Source of the DNA: Gemmatimonadota bacterium
GTDB taxonomy: Bacteria > Gemmatimonadota > Gemmatimonadetes > Gemmatimonadales > GWC2-71-9
Length of the DNA: 60,327 bases
Assembly (NCBI GenBank): GCA_025350665.1
Contig: JANXXJ010000044.1
Location: 1 to 60,327 of the forward strand
Direction: 5' to 3'
The notes beneath the pieces were generated by a model. It was given only the letters and a program-made list of their open reading frames with translations. It was not told the DNA's origin and ran no database searches. This document shows, one piece after another, positions 50,003 through 60,290 of this stretch (position 1 is the first letter of the stretch; every line of letters starts with the position of its first letter). The translations under genes and the position numbers were made by a program.

Positions 50003-50350
50003 TCAGGCCTCCTGGCTGATCGGGGTGACGAGGCCGAGGCCGATCATGGCCTGGAAGAGCTCCTGCCATTCGGCCCGTCGCTGCTCGAGGGCCTGGACGC
50101 CCTTGTCGGTGAGCTTGTAGTACCGGCGTCGACGGCCCGAGGGCAGTTCCACCCAGCGGCTTTCGACCTGCCGCTTGGCCTCGAGGTTGTAGAGCATCGG
50201 GTAGAGCGTGGATTGGCCGAGCGCGAGCACGCCGTCGGACCGCTGCGAGAGGGCCTCGGCCAGTTCATAGCCGTACATGTCCCGCCGCTTGAGGAGCTGG
50301 AGGACGGCCACCGGCCCCGCCCCGCGGATGAATTCGCGCTTCAATTCCAT
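50003..50350 (-). CDS. PadR-family transcriptional regulator
   Basis: MYGYEL, STLYPML, GRRRRYYKLTDKG; 1 nt upstream of the permease start. Confidence 0.92.
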   Translation of the reverse strand: MELKREFIRGAGPVAVLQLLKRRDMYGYELAEALSQRSDGVLALGQSTLYPMLYNLEAKRQVESRWVELPSGRRRRYYKLTDKGVQALEQRRAEWQELFQAMIGLGLVTPISQEA

Positions 50351-50380
50351 GGTTGCCTCTTGGTTTATACCTCGGCCACA

Positions 50381-50409
50381 ATAGTAAGACGACATTGCCA
50401 AAACGTCAA
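50381..50409 (-). promoter_or_regulatory. Sigma70-type promoter of the padR-permease operon
   Basis: Minus strand TTGACG (50409-50404), 17-nt spacer, TACTAT (50386-50381), 30 nt upstream of the ATG. Confidence 0.7.
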
Positions 50410-50451
50410 CAAATGAAACGTTTCATGGATGAAACGTCACGCTCTGGAACG

Positions 50452-50478
50452 AAAAAAAGGCGGACGTCATCGTCCGCC
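50452..50478 (-). terminator. Rho-independent terminator after the DHH gene
   Basis: Minus strand GGCGGACG-ATGA-CGTCCGCC followed by T7. Confidence 0.85.
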
Positions 50479-50511
50479 GCTCGTTTGAACCAAGACCGCC
50501 TTCCCCGAGAA

Positions 50512-51519
50512 CTAGCTCAGGAACTCCCGCGCCGCACGCAGCACCGCGGACTGCACGTCGGCCAATGCGCCTTCCATCGAAAGACCGGCCGCTTTCACAT
50601 GACCGCCCCCGCCGAACGGCTTGGCGAACCTGGCGACATCCACGTCGCCGACCGACCGGAGCGACACTTTGATCCGCCCCTGGCTGATCTCGCGAAACAG
50701 CAGCGCCATGCGGACCCCGGCGATCGATCGGGCGTGTTCGACCACGCCGTCGAGGTCATCGCTGGTGACGCCGTGCCGCTCCACCGCGCCCGGCGGCACC
50801 GTAATCCACGAAAGGCCCACATCGGGCTCGACCACCAGCGTCTGCAATGCCTCCGCCAGCAGCCGGACCCGGCCCTCGGGTGCGCCGGCGTACACGTCGA
50901 GATAGATCGCCTCCGGATCGATCCCGCGGTCCAGCAGCTCGGCCGCGATCCGGAGGGTCCGTGGGTGCGTGTTGCTGAATCGAAAGCCGCCGGTGTCGGT
51001 CAGGATGCCGACATAGAGCGCCCGGGCGGCCGGCTGGGACAGTGGCCATTCGTTCGCCAGGGCGATTTCGACGATCAGTTCGGCCGTCGCCGCTGCCGAG
51101 GGGTCGACATACCGCGGCCCGTCCGGCAGGGTACCCGGACTGACGTGGTGATCGATGCAGCCCACCGTCACGCCCCGGGTCCGGACCGTCTCCGCCAGCA
51201 TGCCGAGCCGGGACAGGTCGCTGATGTCGAGGACGACGATGGCATCGGCCTGGCGGAGCGCCTTCACCGCTTCCCGGCTTCGATCGACATTCGGCAGATC
51301 GCGGAACAGAAAATCGAATCGGGGCGGAGTCGGCGTCGGATTGGCGATCGTCGCCGCGACGCCGTTGGCCTTGAGCAGATGCACGAGGCCAACCTCACTG
51401 CCGAGCCCGTCGCCATCCGGGTTCACGTGGGTGGTGAGACAGACCCGGGTCCCCGGTTTGAGCAGGGCGGCAATGTCGCGCGCGGCGGCGAGCTTGTCGG
51501 CGGTCAGCGTAATCGGCAT
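50512..51519 (-). CDS. nrnA: DHH-family phosphoesterase (NrnA oligoribonuclease/pAp phosphatase)
   Basis: HVNPDGDGLGS, IDHH, GILTDTGGF, VSLRS, GGGHVKAAG. Confidence 0.93.
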   Translation of the reverse strand: MPITLTADKLAAARDIAALLKPGTRVCLTTHVNPDGDGLGSEVGLVHLLKANGVAATIANPTPTPPRFDFLFRDLPNVDRSREAVKALRQADAIVVLDISDLSRLGMLAETVRTRGVTVGCIDHHVSPGTLPDGPRYVDPSAAATAELIVEIALANEWPLSQPAARALYVGILTDTGGFRFSNTHPRTLRIAAELLDRGIDPEAIYLDVYAGAPEGRVRLLAEALQTLVVEPDVGLSWITVPPGAVERHGVTSDDLDGVVEHARSIAGVRMALLFREISQGRIKVSLRSVGDVDVARFAKPFGGGGHVKAAGLSMEGALADVQSAVLRAAREFLS

Positions 51520-51621
51520 AGGAGAAAGATAGTCCGACTGCCCGTCTCGGAGTGGCCGGAGGCCGCCACAGAACGGTCACCGGCTTCCCCTCCCCCCGAT
51601 CCGGCGGCATCTTTGTCCCCC

Positions 51622-52860
51622 ATGAAGAAACTCACCCTGACCCACTGGATCCTGATCGGCACCCTGGTGGGCGCCGTGGTCGGTTACCTCGACCACAACG
51701 TGTGGCTCGATACCGATGTCGCCGAGGCCTTGAAGCCGTTCTCGGCGATTTTCATCCGGATGATCAAGTCGATCGTGGCGCCGCTGATCTTCTCGAGCCT
51801 GGTGATGGGCATCGCCGGCCACGGAGACGATCTGAAGCAGGTCGGTCGCCTGGCGTTCCGATCGATCCTCTACTTCGAGGCGGTCACCACGGTGGCGCTC
51901 TTCGTTGGCCTGGGCGCGGTCCATCTGATCAAGCCCGGGGTCGGCGTGGCCTTGGTCAGCGCCGGCGACGACGTCAAGCAATTCGCCTCCACTCACACGA
52001 CTCTGTCCGGGGTGCTCGAACACACTGTGCCGGCCAGCATCATCGACGCCATGGCCAGGAATGAAACCCTGCAGATCGTCTTCTTCTCGGCCCTGTTCGC
52101 CATGGCCCTGACGCAGGTGAAGGGCCGGCCCAAGGAAGTGATGCTCGAGGTTCTGGAGAGTCTGACCCAGGTGATGTTCAAGTTCACCGGGATCGTGATG
52201 AAGTACGCCCCGATCGGCATCGCCGCGGCGTTGGGTGTCACCATCGGCAAGAACGGGCTCGGCGTGATCCTGAACCTGGGGAAACTGGTGCTGACCCTGT
52301 ACGGGGCGCTGGTGGTGTTCATACTCGCGGTCCTGGTGCCGGTGGCGTTGATGGCCAGGATCAATCTCCGGAAGTTCTGGCACTGGGTCCGGGAGCCGTG
52401 GCTGATCGCCTTCACCACCGCCTCTTCCGAAGCGGCCCTGCCGCTGGCCCTCGAAAACATGGAGAAGTACGGGGTACCGCGCCGGATCGTCTCGTTCGTG
52501 CTGCCGACCGGCTACTCGTTCAATCTCGACGGGTCGACGCTGTACCTCGCGGTGGCCTCGATCTTCGTGGCCCAGGCAGCAGGCATCGACATGCCGTTCA
52601 GCACCCAGCTGGTGATGATGCTGACCCTGATGCTCACCAGCAAAGGCGTGGCCGCGGTGCCCCGGGCGTCGCTGGTGATCCTTTCGGGAACCTTGACCCA
52701 GTTCAACCTGCCGCTCGAAGGCATCGCCGTGATTCTGGGCGTCGACGCCTTCATGGACATGGCTCGGACGTCGGTCAATCTGCTGGGCAACTGCCTGGCC
52801 TCGGCCGTGATGGCCCGGTGGGAAGGCGAACTCCGTGAGGCCCCGCTGCCCGAGACCTGA
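51622..52860 (+). CDS. Dicarboxylate/amino acid:cation symporter (GltP/DctA family)
   Basis: FIRMIKSIVAPLIF, AFTTASSEAALP, GYSFNLDGS, LTSKGVAAVP, DMARTSVN. Confidence 0.95.
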   Translation: MKKLTLTHWILIGTLVGAVVGYLDHNVWLDTDVAEALKPFSAIFIRMIKSIVAPLIFSSLVMGIAGHGDDLKQVGRLAFRSILYFEAVTTVALFVGLGAVHLIKPGVGVALVSAGDDVKQFASTHTTLSGVLEHTVPASIIDAMARNETLQIVFFSALFAMALTQVKGRPKEVMLEVLESLTQVMFKFTGIVMKYAPIGIAAALGVTIGKNGLGVILNLGKLVLTLYGALVVFILAVLVPVALMARINLRKFWHWVREPWLIAFTTASSEAALPLALENMEKYGVPRRIVSFVLPTGYSFNLDGSTLYLAVASIFVAQAAGIDMPFSTQLVMMLTLMLTSKGVAAVPRASLVILSGTLTQFNLPLEGIAVILGVDAFMDMARTSVNLLGNCLASAVMARWEGELREAPLPET

Positions 52861-52884
52861 GGCGCCTCAATGGCGAGGCCTGCC

Positions 52885-55515
52885 TCAGTCAGTCGAAATC
52901 GCCTCGATCGGGTGGATCCGCGCGGCCTGACGACCCGGCAGCCAGCAGGCCAGCGCCGCCGTCATGATCAGGAGGAGCGCCACGCCCGCCACGGTAGCGG
53001 GATCGGTCACGCCCACGCCGTACAGGAACGCGGCCAGCCACCGGCCTTCGAGCAGGGTCAGCCCGATACCGATCCCAGTACCCGCCAGGGCATAACCGAC
53101 GCCTCGTCGCACCACCATCCCCGTGACGTCCCCCGGTGCCGCGCCTAACGCCAGGCGGACCCCGATCTCCCGCCGCCGCTGGCGGACCGTGTACGACATC
53201 AAGCCGAATACCCCCAGCGCGGCCAGCACCATCGCGGTGGCCGCGAAGGCGCTCAGCACCGCGGTCCACCGGAACGGATCGGCGAGCGAGCGGTCGACCT
53301 GCGCCCGCATCGTGGTCTCGACCACCGGGAGCTCCGGATCGAGCCCCGCCACTGCCTCCCGCAGCGCCTTGAACGTGGCGGCGGCGCCCGCCCTGGTGCG
53401 GACCACCAGATTCAGCGCTCGGGGCTGATACTGGGGCAGCGGGCTGTAGACGCCGATGGCCTCAGCCGCGAGCCCGAGGTACTTCACGTCACCCACTACG
53501 CCGACCACCGTAGTAGGCGGGCAGGTATAACAGCCACCCGACACCATCTGTTTCCCGACGGCGGACCCGCCCGGGTAAAACCGCCGCGCCCAGGCCTGGC
53601 TGACCACCACCACCGGGGGCGCGGCGGCTGAGTCGCCGACCGCCAGGGCACGTCCCGCCAGCAGCGGTACCCCCAGAGCGCGGAAGTAGCCGGGGCTCAC
53701 CGCGGACCAGGGAGCCGTCGGCTCGGCGCCGCCCTCCGGGACCGGGTGATCGATCAGGTTGAAATTGTTCTCGTCCTGGGGCTCGGCCGGCGGAAGGTTC
53801 AGCGTTTACCCCGCCGCGGCGACCCCGGGAATGACGGAAGCGCGCTGCTCCAGCAGGTTCCAGAACCTCTCCCTGGCCGGATATTCGGGATAGCGAACGA
53901 CCGGAAGTGCCACGGCGATGCTGACCGCGCCGTCCGGATCAAATCCCGGACTAACCCGCTGCAACTCGACGAAGCTCCGGAGCAGGAGCCCCGCGCCGAC
54001 CAACAGAGGCAGCGCCAGCGCAAACTCCGCAATCACGAGGGCGCTCCGGGCCGCGCTGGCCCGCCGGCCGGTCCCGACCCGGCGCGTATCCAGGCGGAGG
54101 GACCCCGCGCCCCGGCCGGCCAGGCTCGCGATCAACGCCGGCGCGCTGACAAGGAAGCCGCTCACTATCGCGACCAAGGCGGCGAAGACCAGCGACCGGC
54201 CGCCGAGGGCGACCTCGTGAAGGCGCGGCAGCCCGGTCACCCGGGTCGCGACCATTTGCAACCCGAACGCCGCGAGACCGAGGCCCACGAGGCCGGCCGC
54301 CACCGTCAGCACCAGGCTGTCGGTCACCAGCAGCCGCGCCAGCCGCGACGTCCCCGCGCCGAGGGCGGCCCGGACCGCCAGTTCCTGCTCTCGAGCCGAG
54401 GCCCGCACCAGCATCAGCGTGGCCACGTTGGCGGTGGCGACCAGGAGCACCAGCAATACCGCTCCGCCGAACAGCCAGAGCTGCCGCCCGGACTGACCGA
54501 CGATGGCGTCCCGCAACGGCACCGGCGTGAGTCGGGCGGTCTGGTCCCGGAAACCGGCGGCCCACAGCGGGAAAATCCGTTCGCTGATCCCCGCCAGGTC
54601 GCGGGTGGCGTCGGCGATCGTCAGGCCCGGCCGGAGCCGGCCGATCCCGCGAAGCCAGAACGGCCCTCGGCGCGACGGGGTGGCGAGCTTGAGCTGAAGC
54701 CAGACCTGGGCCGGCACGGCGGCCAATTCGCCCTGCCCCGGCGGCAGCACCCCAACGACGGTGTGGCTGATCCCGTCGATGGTGATCGACCGACCGAGTG
54801 CCGCCGCCGCGCCGCCTAACCGTTCCCGCGCCATGGCGTCGGTGACCACCGCAACCGCCGGGGCATCGGCGAGTTCATCCGCCGGGACCACCAACCGACC
54901 GGCCGCCGCCCGGACATCGAGCGCCCGAAAGAAGTCGGCCGTCCCCCTGCCCGCGACCATCTGTTCCGGGCGGCCAACCCCCGAGAGGGCGACCTCGCTC
55001 CAGCGCACCGCCCCGAACGCGTCGAAGGTCCGCTGCTGGTCGCGGATGGCGAGGACGTCGACGGTGGACAGCGACCACAGGTTGGTCGGTGAATTCTTCT
55101 CATAGATCCGGACCAGGCGGTCGGCCGCCGGGTAGGGCAGGTCGGCCAGCAGGACCCGGTCGGCGAGGGTGAAGACCACCGTCCCGGCGCCCAGGCCAAG
55201 GCCGAGGACCGAGATCGCCGCCAGCGCGAAGATCGGACTCGCCCGGAGGCCCCGGAGCGCGTAGCGGACGTCGGCCACGACATCCTCGAGCGGCCGAACA
55301 CCGCGGGCATCGCGCACATCCTCTTTGACCTGTTCCATCCCCCCGAACGCGAGGAGGGCCTCCCGTCGCGCCGTTGCCAAATCGGCGCCGCGGCGCACCC
55401 GCTCCGCCGTTTCCTGATCGACATGAAATCGAACTTCGTCATCGAGTTCCGACTCCTGGCGGTTTTTCCGGGCCAGCGCCTTGACCCGCTCCGACCAATC
55501 CGAGAACACACTCAC
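52885..55515 (-). pseudogene. ADOP-like ABC permease interrupted by an in-frame TAA at 53806-53808
   Basis: ORFs 53806..55665 and 52885..53700 are in frame (VAAAG*TLNLPP...WSAVSPGYF); GTG start at 55515 overlaps the PadR stop. Confidence 0.85.
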
Positions 55516-55859
55516 GGGGCACCGTCCGCCAGCCGAAACGCCAGGATCCCCTCGACCGCGGCGGACGCCCTCCGCCACGACAGGACCTCGGCGTCGAGCT
55601 GGCGCCGCCCGGCAGCGGTCAGGACATAGTAGCGGGCCCGGCGATTGTTCTCGGTGACCCGCCACTCCGAACGAATCGATCCCTTCCGGAGCATTCGCTG
55701 GAGCGCCGGGTAGACCGACCCCTGCGGCACGGTGAACACCGCCGCCGACATCTGGCCGATCCGGTGACCGATGCCCCAGCCATGCATGGGCTCGAGCGAC
55801 AGTGCCTTGAGCACCAGCAGTTCCAGCGTCCCCTGCAGCAATTCGACGTTCTCGCCCAC
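55512..55859 (-). CDS. PadR-family transcriptional regulator (ADOP-associated type)
   Basis: LLQGTLELLVLKAL, MHGWGI, QGSVYPALQR, TENNRRARYY; GGAGGA RBS. Confidence 0.95.
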   Translation of the reverse strand: MGENVELLQGTLELLVLKALSLEPMHGWGIGHRIGQMSAAVFTVPQGSVYPALQRMLRKGSIRSEWRVTENNRRARYYVLTAAGRRQLDAEVLSWRRASAAVEGILAFRLADGAP

Positions 55860-55862
55860 GGC

Positions 55863-55919
55863 TTCCTCCAGATGATCTAGAGGAACACTAGCACCTCTCC
55901 TCCAGACCGTCAACAGAAG
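55863..55919. promoter_or_regulatory. Putative tandem PadR autoregulatory operators
   Basis: Inverted repeat TTCCTCCAGA-TGA-TCTAGAGGAA (55863-55885) over the RBS; degenerate copy CTCCTCCAGA-CCG-TCAACAGAAG (55897-55919). Confidence 0.65.
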
Positions 55920-55990
55920 CGGCGCCGATGATTGGGTGCTTGACTGGCGGCGGCCAGAGCGTAACGTCTGTCTCCCCCAAGGAGACCCCA

Positions 55991-58045
55991 ATGCCCGGCC
56001 ACAGCAACGAGATCCTGATCACCCTTGCGGTGGCCTGGATTTATATCTCGATCGTCCGGTTCGTGGATATCAACGAGCGGGAGCCGGTCTGGAGCCTCGC
56101 GCTCGCGTTCGGGTTCGGTCTGGGCGCCGCGACGCTGCTCCCCTTGCTGGTCGAGTCGTCGACGCTCGTGCTCACCGTCTGGCCCGGCGCGGCCTTCGTC
56201 GAATCGGCCAAGTTCGTCGGGTTCGCCGCCGTGGCGCTCGCCTTCGCCGGGATCGCCCGGACCCGGGGCTGGTCGGAGCTGACCGACCTGGTGGACGGCA
56301 TGGTCTACGGCATCACCTTGGGCCTCGGCTACAGCACCGGCGAAATTCTGGCCCAGCAACTGGCGTCCTCCCACTCCACCATCATTCCCCTGCTCCAGAG
56401 CCCGGGCCGGGCGATCGTCGGCAGTGCGCTCGCCGGGCTTTCCCACGGCGTCTTCGGGGCGCTGGTCGGGCTCGGGTTCGGCGCGGCGATCGAGCGGCGG
56501 AGCCTGGCGGCCTGGCTGCTTCTCCCGCTGGCGGGCCTGGCCGCGGCCATCGGTGCCGACGGCCTGTTCCGGATTCTGGCGCACGGCAACGCCCTGGGCG
56601 GCCAGGCCGGGGTGACCCGGGCCTGGCTCGCCGTGATTATTCCGATGGCGGCAATGATCGTGATCGGGTTGTTCGGGCTCCAGGCCGAGCGCCGGATCAT
56701 CCACGCGGAACTGGTGGACGAAGTGACGGCGGGAACGCTGTCCTCGGCCGAGCTCGGACTGTTGGAGAGCTTCTGGAGGCGACAGCTGACCTACGTGTCG
56801 CTGCTGCTCCAGGGCCAGGTGAAGCGCTGCCTCGACCTGGCGGCGCTGCACAACCGGCAGGTGCAGCTGGCGCTGTTCAAACGCCAGGCGGCCCGCGCCA
56901 CCGAGCCTGCCCGGGCTCAGCTGCAGAAGCAGGTCACGACGGTGCGAGCCGCGCTGCATCGGGCCCGAGCGGCCGTCGCGGGTGCGCTGTTGATCGGCCT
57001 GTTGGTCAGGCCGTCAACCATGGCCGAGTCACAATCGCCGCAGGGGAACTGGACGTCATTGAGCCAACTGATCGAGGCCGGCAAGCTGGATATCGGCGGC
57101 TATTGGGGGAAAGCGCTCGGCACCCGGTACCAGCCGCCGGCCGCGGTCGAGGAATACTCGGCCCGTTCGGCTTGCCGCTACCTCAAGAACAACGCAGTGT
57201 ATTGCCCTCCGTCCAGGAGCATCTACTACGATCCACCGTTCCTGCAGGCGCTGTGGAAGGACATCGGCGATTATGGTGCGCTGTTCGTCCTGGCCCACGA
57301 GTGGGGTCACCTGGTTCAGGCCTTGCCCGGCGTGATGACCGGGGCTCGGCTCTTCACCATTCAGAATGAATTGCAGGCCGACTGCCTTGCCGGTCAGTAC
57401 AGCCGTGACGCCACCGGCAGGAAGGTGCTCGACGCCGGTGACGAGAACGAGGCCGTGCTGTCACTCCGCAAGGGACGGGACGACGTCGACTACCCCTGGT
57501 TCGACCAGTACGCCCACGGCAGCGGCGGCCAGCGGGTTGACGCTTTTCAGGAGGGGCTCGACGGGCGATCCTGCGAGGGCGCTGACTTCTGGCGCCGGGT
57601 CCATGTGGACCCGACCGCGGCCAACCGCCCGGCAACCCCGCGAGTCGGGAGCCTGACCCTAGTCTGTTCCCGCGGCGAATTCGTCCGGAAGGAAGTCCAG
57701 CTGCTTCCGGCCCTCGTCCACGACGACGTCACCGACGCGCTCAAGGGGTATTTCCGGTCCCCGGACGGCAGCGAAGTCATGGTGCTGATGCTCGCGACGA
57801 CGAGTGCCGAAGCCGCCACCACCAAACTCCAGCGGATCTCGAAGATCCTTCGCGACAGTACGTTCCACACCGTGAGCCAGGGACCAATCAAGGATGGCGC
57901 GGTGGAGACCGGCCGGTGGGAGCGGCTCCAGGGCAAGACGGAGATCGTCCTGTTCCAGAACCGCCAGGTTCTGGAATGGGTCGAGGGCCCGCTCGAGGTC
58001 ACCTGGAAGTTCGAGACCTCGCCCGCGGCTGACTGCCAACCCTAG
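55991..58045 (+). CDS. Fusion of PrsW-like intramembrane domain and YpfJ-like neutral zinc metallopeptidase
   Basis: D..EREP, DGMVYG...GLGY, SHGVF (PrsW-like); NAVYCP, VLAHEWGHLVQ, ELQADCLAG, AHGSGGQR (zinc peptidase). Confidence 0.8.
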   Translation: MPGHSNEILITLAVAWIYISIVRFVDINEREPVWSLALAFGFGLGAATLLPLLVESSTLVLTVWPGAAFVESAKFVGFAAVALAFAGIARTRGWSELTDLVDGMVYGITLGLGYSTGEILAQQLASSHSTIIPLLQSPGRAIVGSALAGLSHGVFGALVGLGFGAAIERRSLAAWLLLPLAGLAAAIGADGLFRILAHGNALGGQAGVTRAWLAVIIPMAAMIVIGLFGLQAERRIIHAELVDEVTAGTLSSAELGLLESFWRRQLTYVSLLLQGQVKRCLDLAALHNRQVQLALFKRQAARATEPARAQLQKQVTTVRAALHRARAAVAGALLIGLLVRPSTMAESQSPQGNWTSLSQLIEAGKLDIGGYWGKALGTRYQPPAAVEEYSARSACRYLKNNAVYCPPSRSIYYDPPFLQALWKDIGDYGALFVLAHEWGHLVQALPGVMTGARLFTIQNELQADCLAGQYSRDATGRKVLDAGDENEAVLSLRKGRDDVDYPWFDQYAHGSGGQRVDAFQEGLDGRSCEGADFWRRVHVDPTAANRPATPRVGSLTLVCSRGEFVRKEVQLLPALVHDDVTDALKGYFRSPDGSEVMVLMLATTSAEAATTKLQRISKILRDSTFHTVSQGPIKDGAVETGRWERLQGKTEIVLFQNRQVLEWVEGPLEVTWKFETSPAADCQP

Positions 58046-58058
58046 CGGGCAACACGAC

Positions 58059-59681
58059 TCACATCCGCGGGATCGAACAGGCGAAGTTCGCCGCGTCGTC
58101 GCTGCTGCCGGTCCCCTTGTACTGCGCCGTTTTGGGATAGGCGCACAGCGGCCGCGTGATCTTGGTCTCTTTGGCCGGATCGCCGACGGGCTCTCCCGAC
58201 CGGATCCCGGAGGCGACCAACCGATCCGGCGCCACGCCCTTCTCGACCCAGCGCTCGAGGGCGGCCCGGAGGTCACGATCGGCGTCATGCTGCCCGGCCT
58301 GACTCAACTCGTTGCCGAAGGTATTCGGTCCGGCCCCGCCGCCGCAGTGGCTCATCCCTGGCACCATGAACAGGCGGTAGAAGTCGGCGACCGGTTTGCC
58401 GTTCGGCCGTTCCAGGGTCTTTTTGACGCGCTCGTAGAACTCGATCGAGCTGTGTCCGCTGATGGCGGCGTCACCCCAGCCGTGGTACTGCAGCAACTTC
58501 CCGCCCCGATCCCGGAACGGCGCCAGGTTGGGATCGTTCGAATCGAGGATCCCGCCGGTCTTAGCCAGGGCTTCGGCATAGTCCCGGTCGAGGTCAAAGT
58601 TCTTGTAGTCCCATTTGGGGTCCTGATGGACGATGGTGCCGTAGAACGACGTACCGAACCAGGCCTGGAGCGGGGGCCCCATCGGTGAGGCGCCTACCAG
58701 CCAGGGGTTCCACGTGCCCGGGAATGCTTCGGTTCCCGGCACCATGCCGGGATAGATCGGCTGACCGGACTTGGTGGTCCCGGGGCCCCGGTAGACCTTC
58801 TCGAGCGCCGCGAGCTGAGCATCCGTTAGGCAGTTGGGGCCGTCGGCGCCGGCGCAGCGAAGCGCGGCCGACCGGAAGTGGCAGCGCCGAGGATCTTCGA
58901 TCAGCCCGTCCTTGACGCCATCGATCGCGTCGCACTGGCTCACCACGGCGGCCTGGATGGCTGCCAGCTTGGTGACCGGAATCATGCTCAACGGCGTCTC
59001 GTTGAGTGCCCGCCAGTTCCAGACCGCGCCGGTGAGCAGCCCGGTCCAGTTGCTGGCCGGCGCCCCAGCCACGATTCCGTTGAAGTCCTCCGGATACCGC
59101 TCGGCCTCCATCAAGGCTTCGCGGCCGCCGTCGGAGCACCCGAAGAAGTACGAGCGACTGGCCGGCTTGCCGTAGAAGGCCTGGATGATCGCCTTGGCCT
59201 GTTCCGCCGTCTGGTGGACGGCCCGGTGTCCGAAGTCGATCAGTTTCTCCGGGTGGCCGATCGCGAAATCCGGGGTCGGGCCGGCATGTCCGTCATCGGT
59301 GGCCGCCGTCGCGTACCCACGGGCGACCCCCGCCGCAATCGTGGCGGCGATGATGGTCCCGGCGTATCCACCGTTACCCATCTGCTGGAACTTGCCGTTC
59401 CACGCCTCGGGCACCGGGAGCCAGACTTCGAACTTGATCTCCGAGTCGCCGGTCGGCCGGGCAACCCCTTCGACCCGGCAATATGATGGCAAGTCGAGCG
59501 ACGGCAGGGCGCCCTGGGGAGAGGACTCCTTGTAGGCGCCCGCGGCAACCACTGCCGCCGAGGTGATGCTCGCCTGGGACAGGGCGAGGGTCCGCAAACT
59601 CTCGCAACTCCGCTGGGCCTGAGCACGGGCAGTGAACGTTCCGACGAGTACAGCCGACAGCAGGGTCGCCCGATAGCGCAT
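58059..59681 (-). CDS. Tannase/feruloyl esterase family hydrolase, secreted
   Basis: WNGKFQQMGNGG, GCSDGGRE, YHGWGD, PGMSHCGGG, RPLCAYP. Confidence 0.93.
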   Translation of the reverse strand: MRYRATLLSAVLVGTFTARAQAQRSCESLRTLALSQASITSAAVVAAGAYKESSPQGALPSLDLPSYCRVEGVARPTGDSEIKFEVWLPVPEAWNGKFQQMGNGGYAGTIIAATIAAGVARGYATAATDDGHAGPTPDFAIGHPEKLIDFGHRAVHQTAEQAKAIIQAFYGKPASRSYFFGCSDGGREALMEAERYPEDFNGIVAGAPASNWTGLLTGAVWNWRALNETPLSMIPVTKLAAIQAAVVSQCDAIDGVKDGLIEDPRRCHFRSAALRCAGADGPNCLTDAQLAALEKVYRGPGTTKSGQPIYPGMVPGTEAFPGTWNPWLVGASPMGPPLQAWFGTSFYGTIVHQDPKWDYKNFDLDRDYAEALAKTGGILDSNDPNLAPFRDRGGKLLQYHGWGDAAISGHSSIEFYERVKKTLERPNGKPVADFYRLFMVPGMSHCGGGAGPNTFGNELSQAGQHDADRDLRAALERWVEKGVAPDRLVASGIRSGEPVGDPAKETKITRPLCAYPKTAQYKGTGSSDDAANFACSIPRM

Positions 59682-59767
59682 GGTCCGTCTCCAAGTGATC
59701 GTGGGGTTGTGGTCGAATGGTAGCATCGGTCCGATGCTCTGGCGACCCGTTGCCGTGGCGGGTGGGC

Positions 59768-60290
59768 CTATTTGGTCCAGATCACGATCGCCGCGCAGTT
59801 GTCGTCATGGAACTCAGCGGGAAGGTCGCTCACGCCGCGGTACACGTCGATCAGCTCGATCTGGAACGGCCCGATCCGGTCAAGCATCTCGGCTACCACA
59901 CCGCGGAATCGGTCTCTGATTTCGGTCAAAGAAGCCGTCGTACTTGGTCGTCCAGGCGTACTTGGCCGGCTTGGCGTTCCGGGCGGCTACAACCAGGTCC
60001 GGGAGAACCTGCGCCCCCGCCTCGAGCCGGACCACGAGCGATGCCAACCCATCAGCGACCGACACTTTGAGGGCTTGGGGGCGGAACCCGATGGCGCGGA
60101 TGAATAGCGTCCCTCCGGAACTGGAGACGGCGGGCAAAACGAACGCCCCGGCCGTGTCGCACATCGCAGTCCTTGGCGTCTCGACCAGAAGCGACGAGCA
60201 GGGTGTCGGTCGATGGCCCTGGGTATCCCGCACCACCGACCGGCCGAAGGCTCAGCACTGCCCCGGCAAAACCGATGGCTATCACCCAAT
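59768..60290 (-). pseudogene. Remnant of a carboxypeptidase-regulatory-domain/plug-domain protein
   Basis: VRDTQG...DTAGAFVL...IRAIGFRP...LPDLVV...YDGFFDR, then out of frame IELIDVYRGVSDLPAEFHDDNCAAIVIWTK* (TAG 59768-59770). No intact start; upstream boundary uncertain. Confidence 0.55.

Noticed and set aside
50353..51621. N-terminal 423 aa of the 835-aa ORF as a transporter fusion
   Set aside because: It is antisense to nrnA; the transporter starts at ATG 51622.
53806..53808. Programmed stop read-through in the permease
   Set aside because: TAA is not a recoded codon in known bacterial systems; a point mutation or base-call error is simpler.
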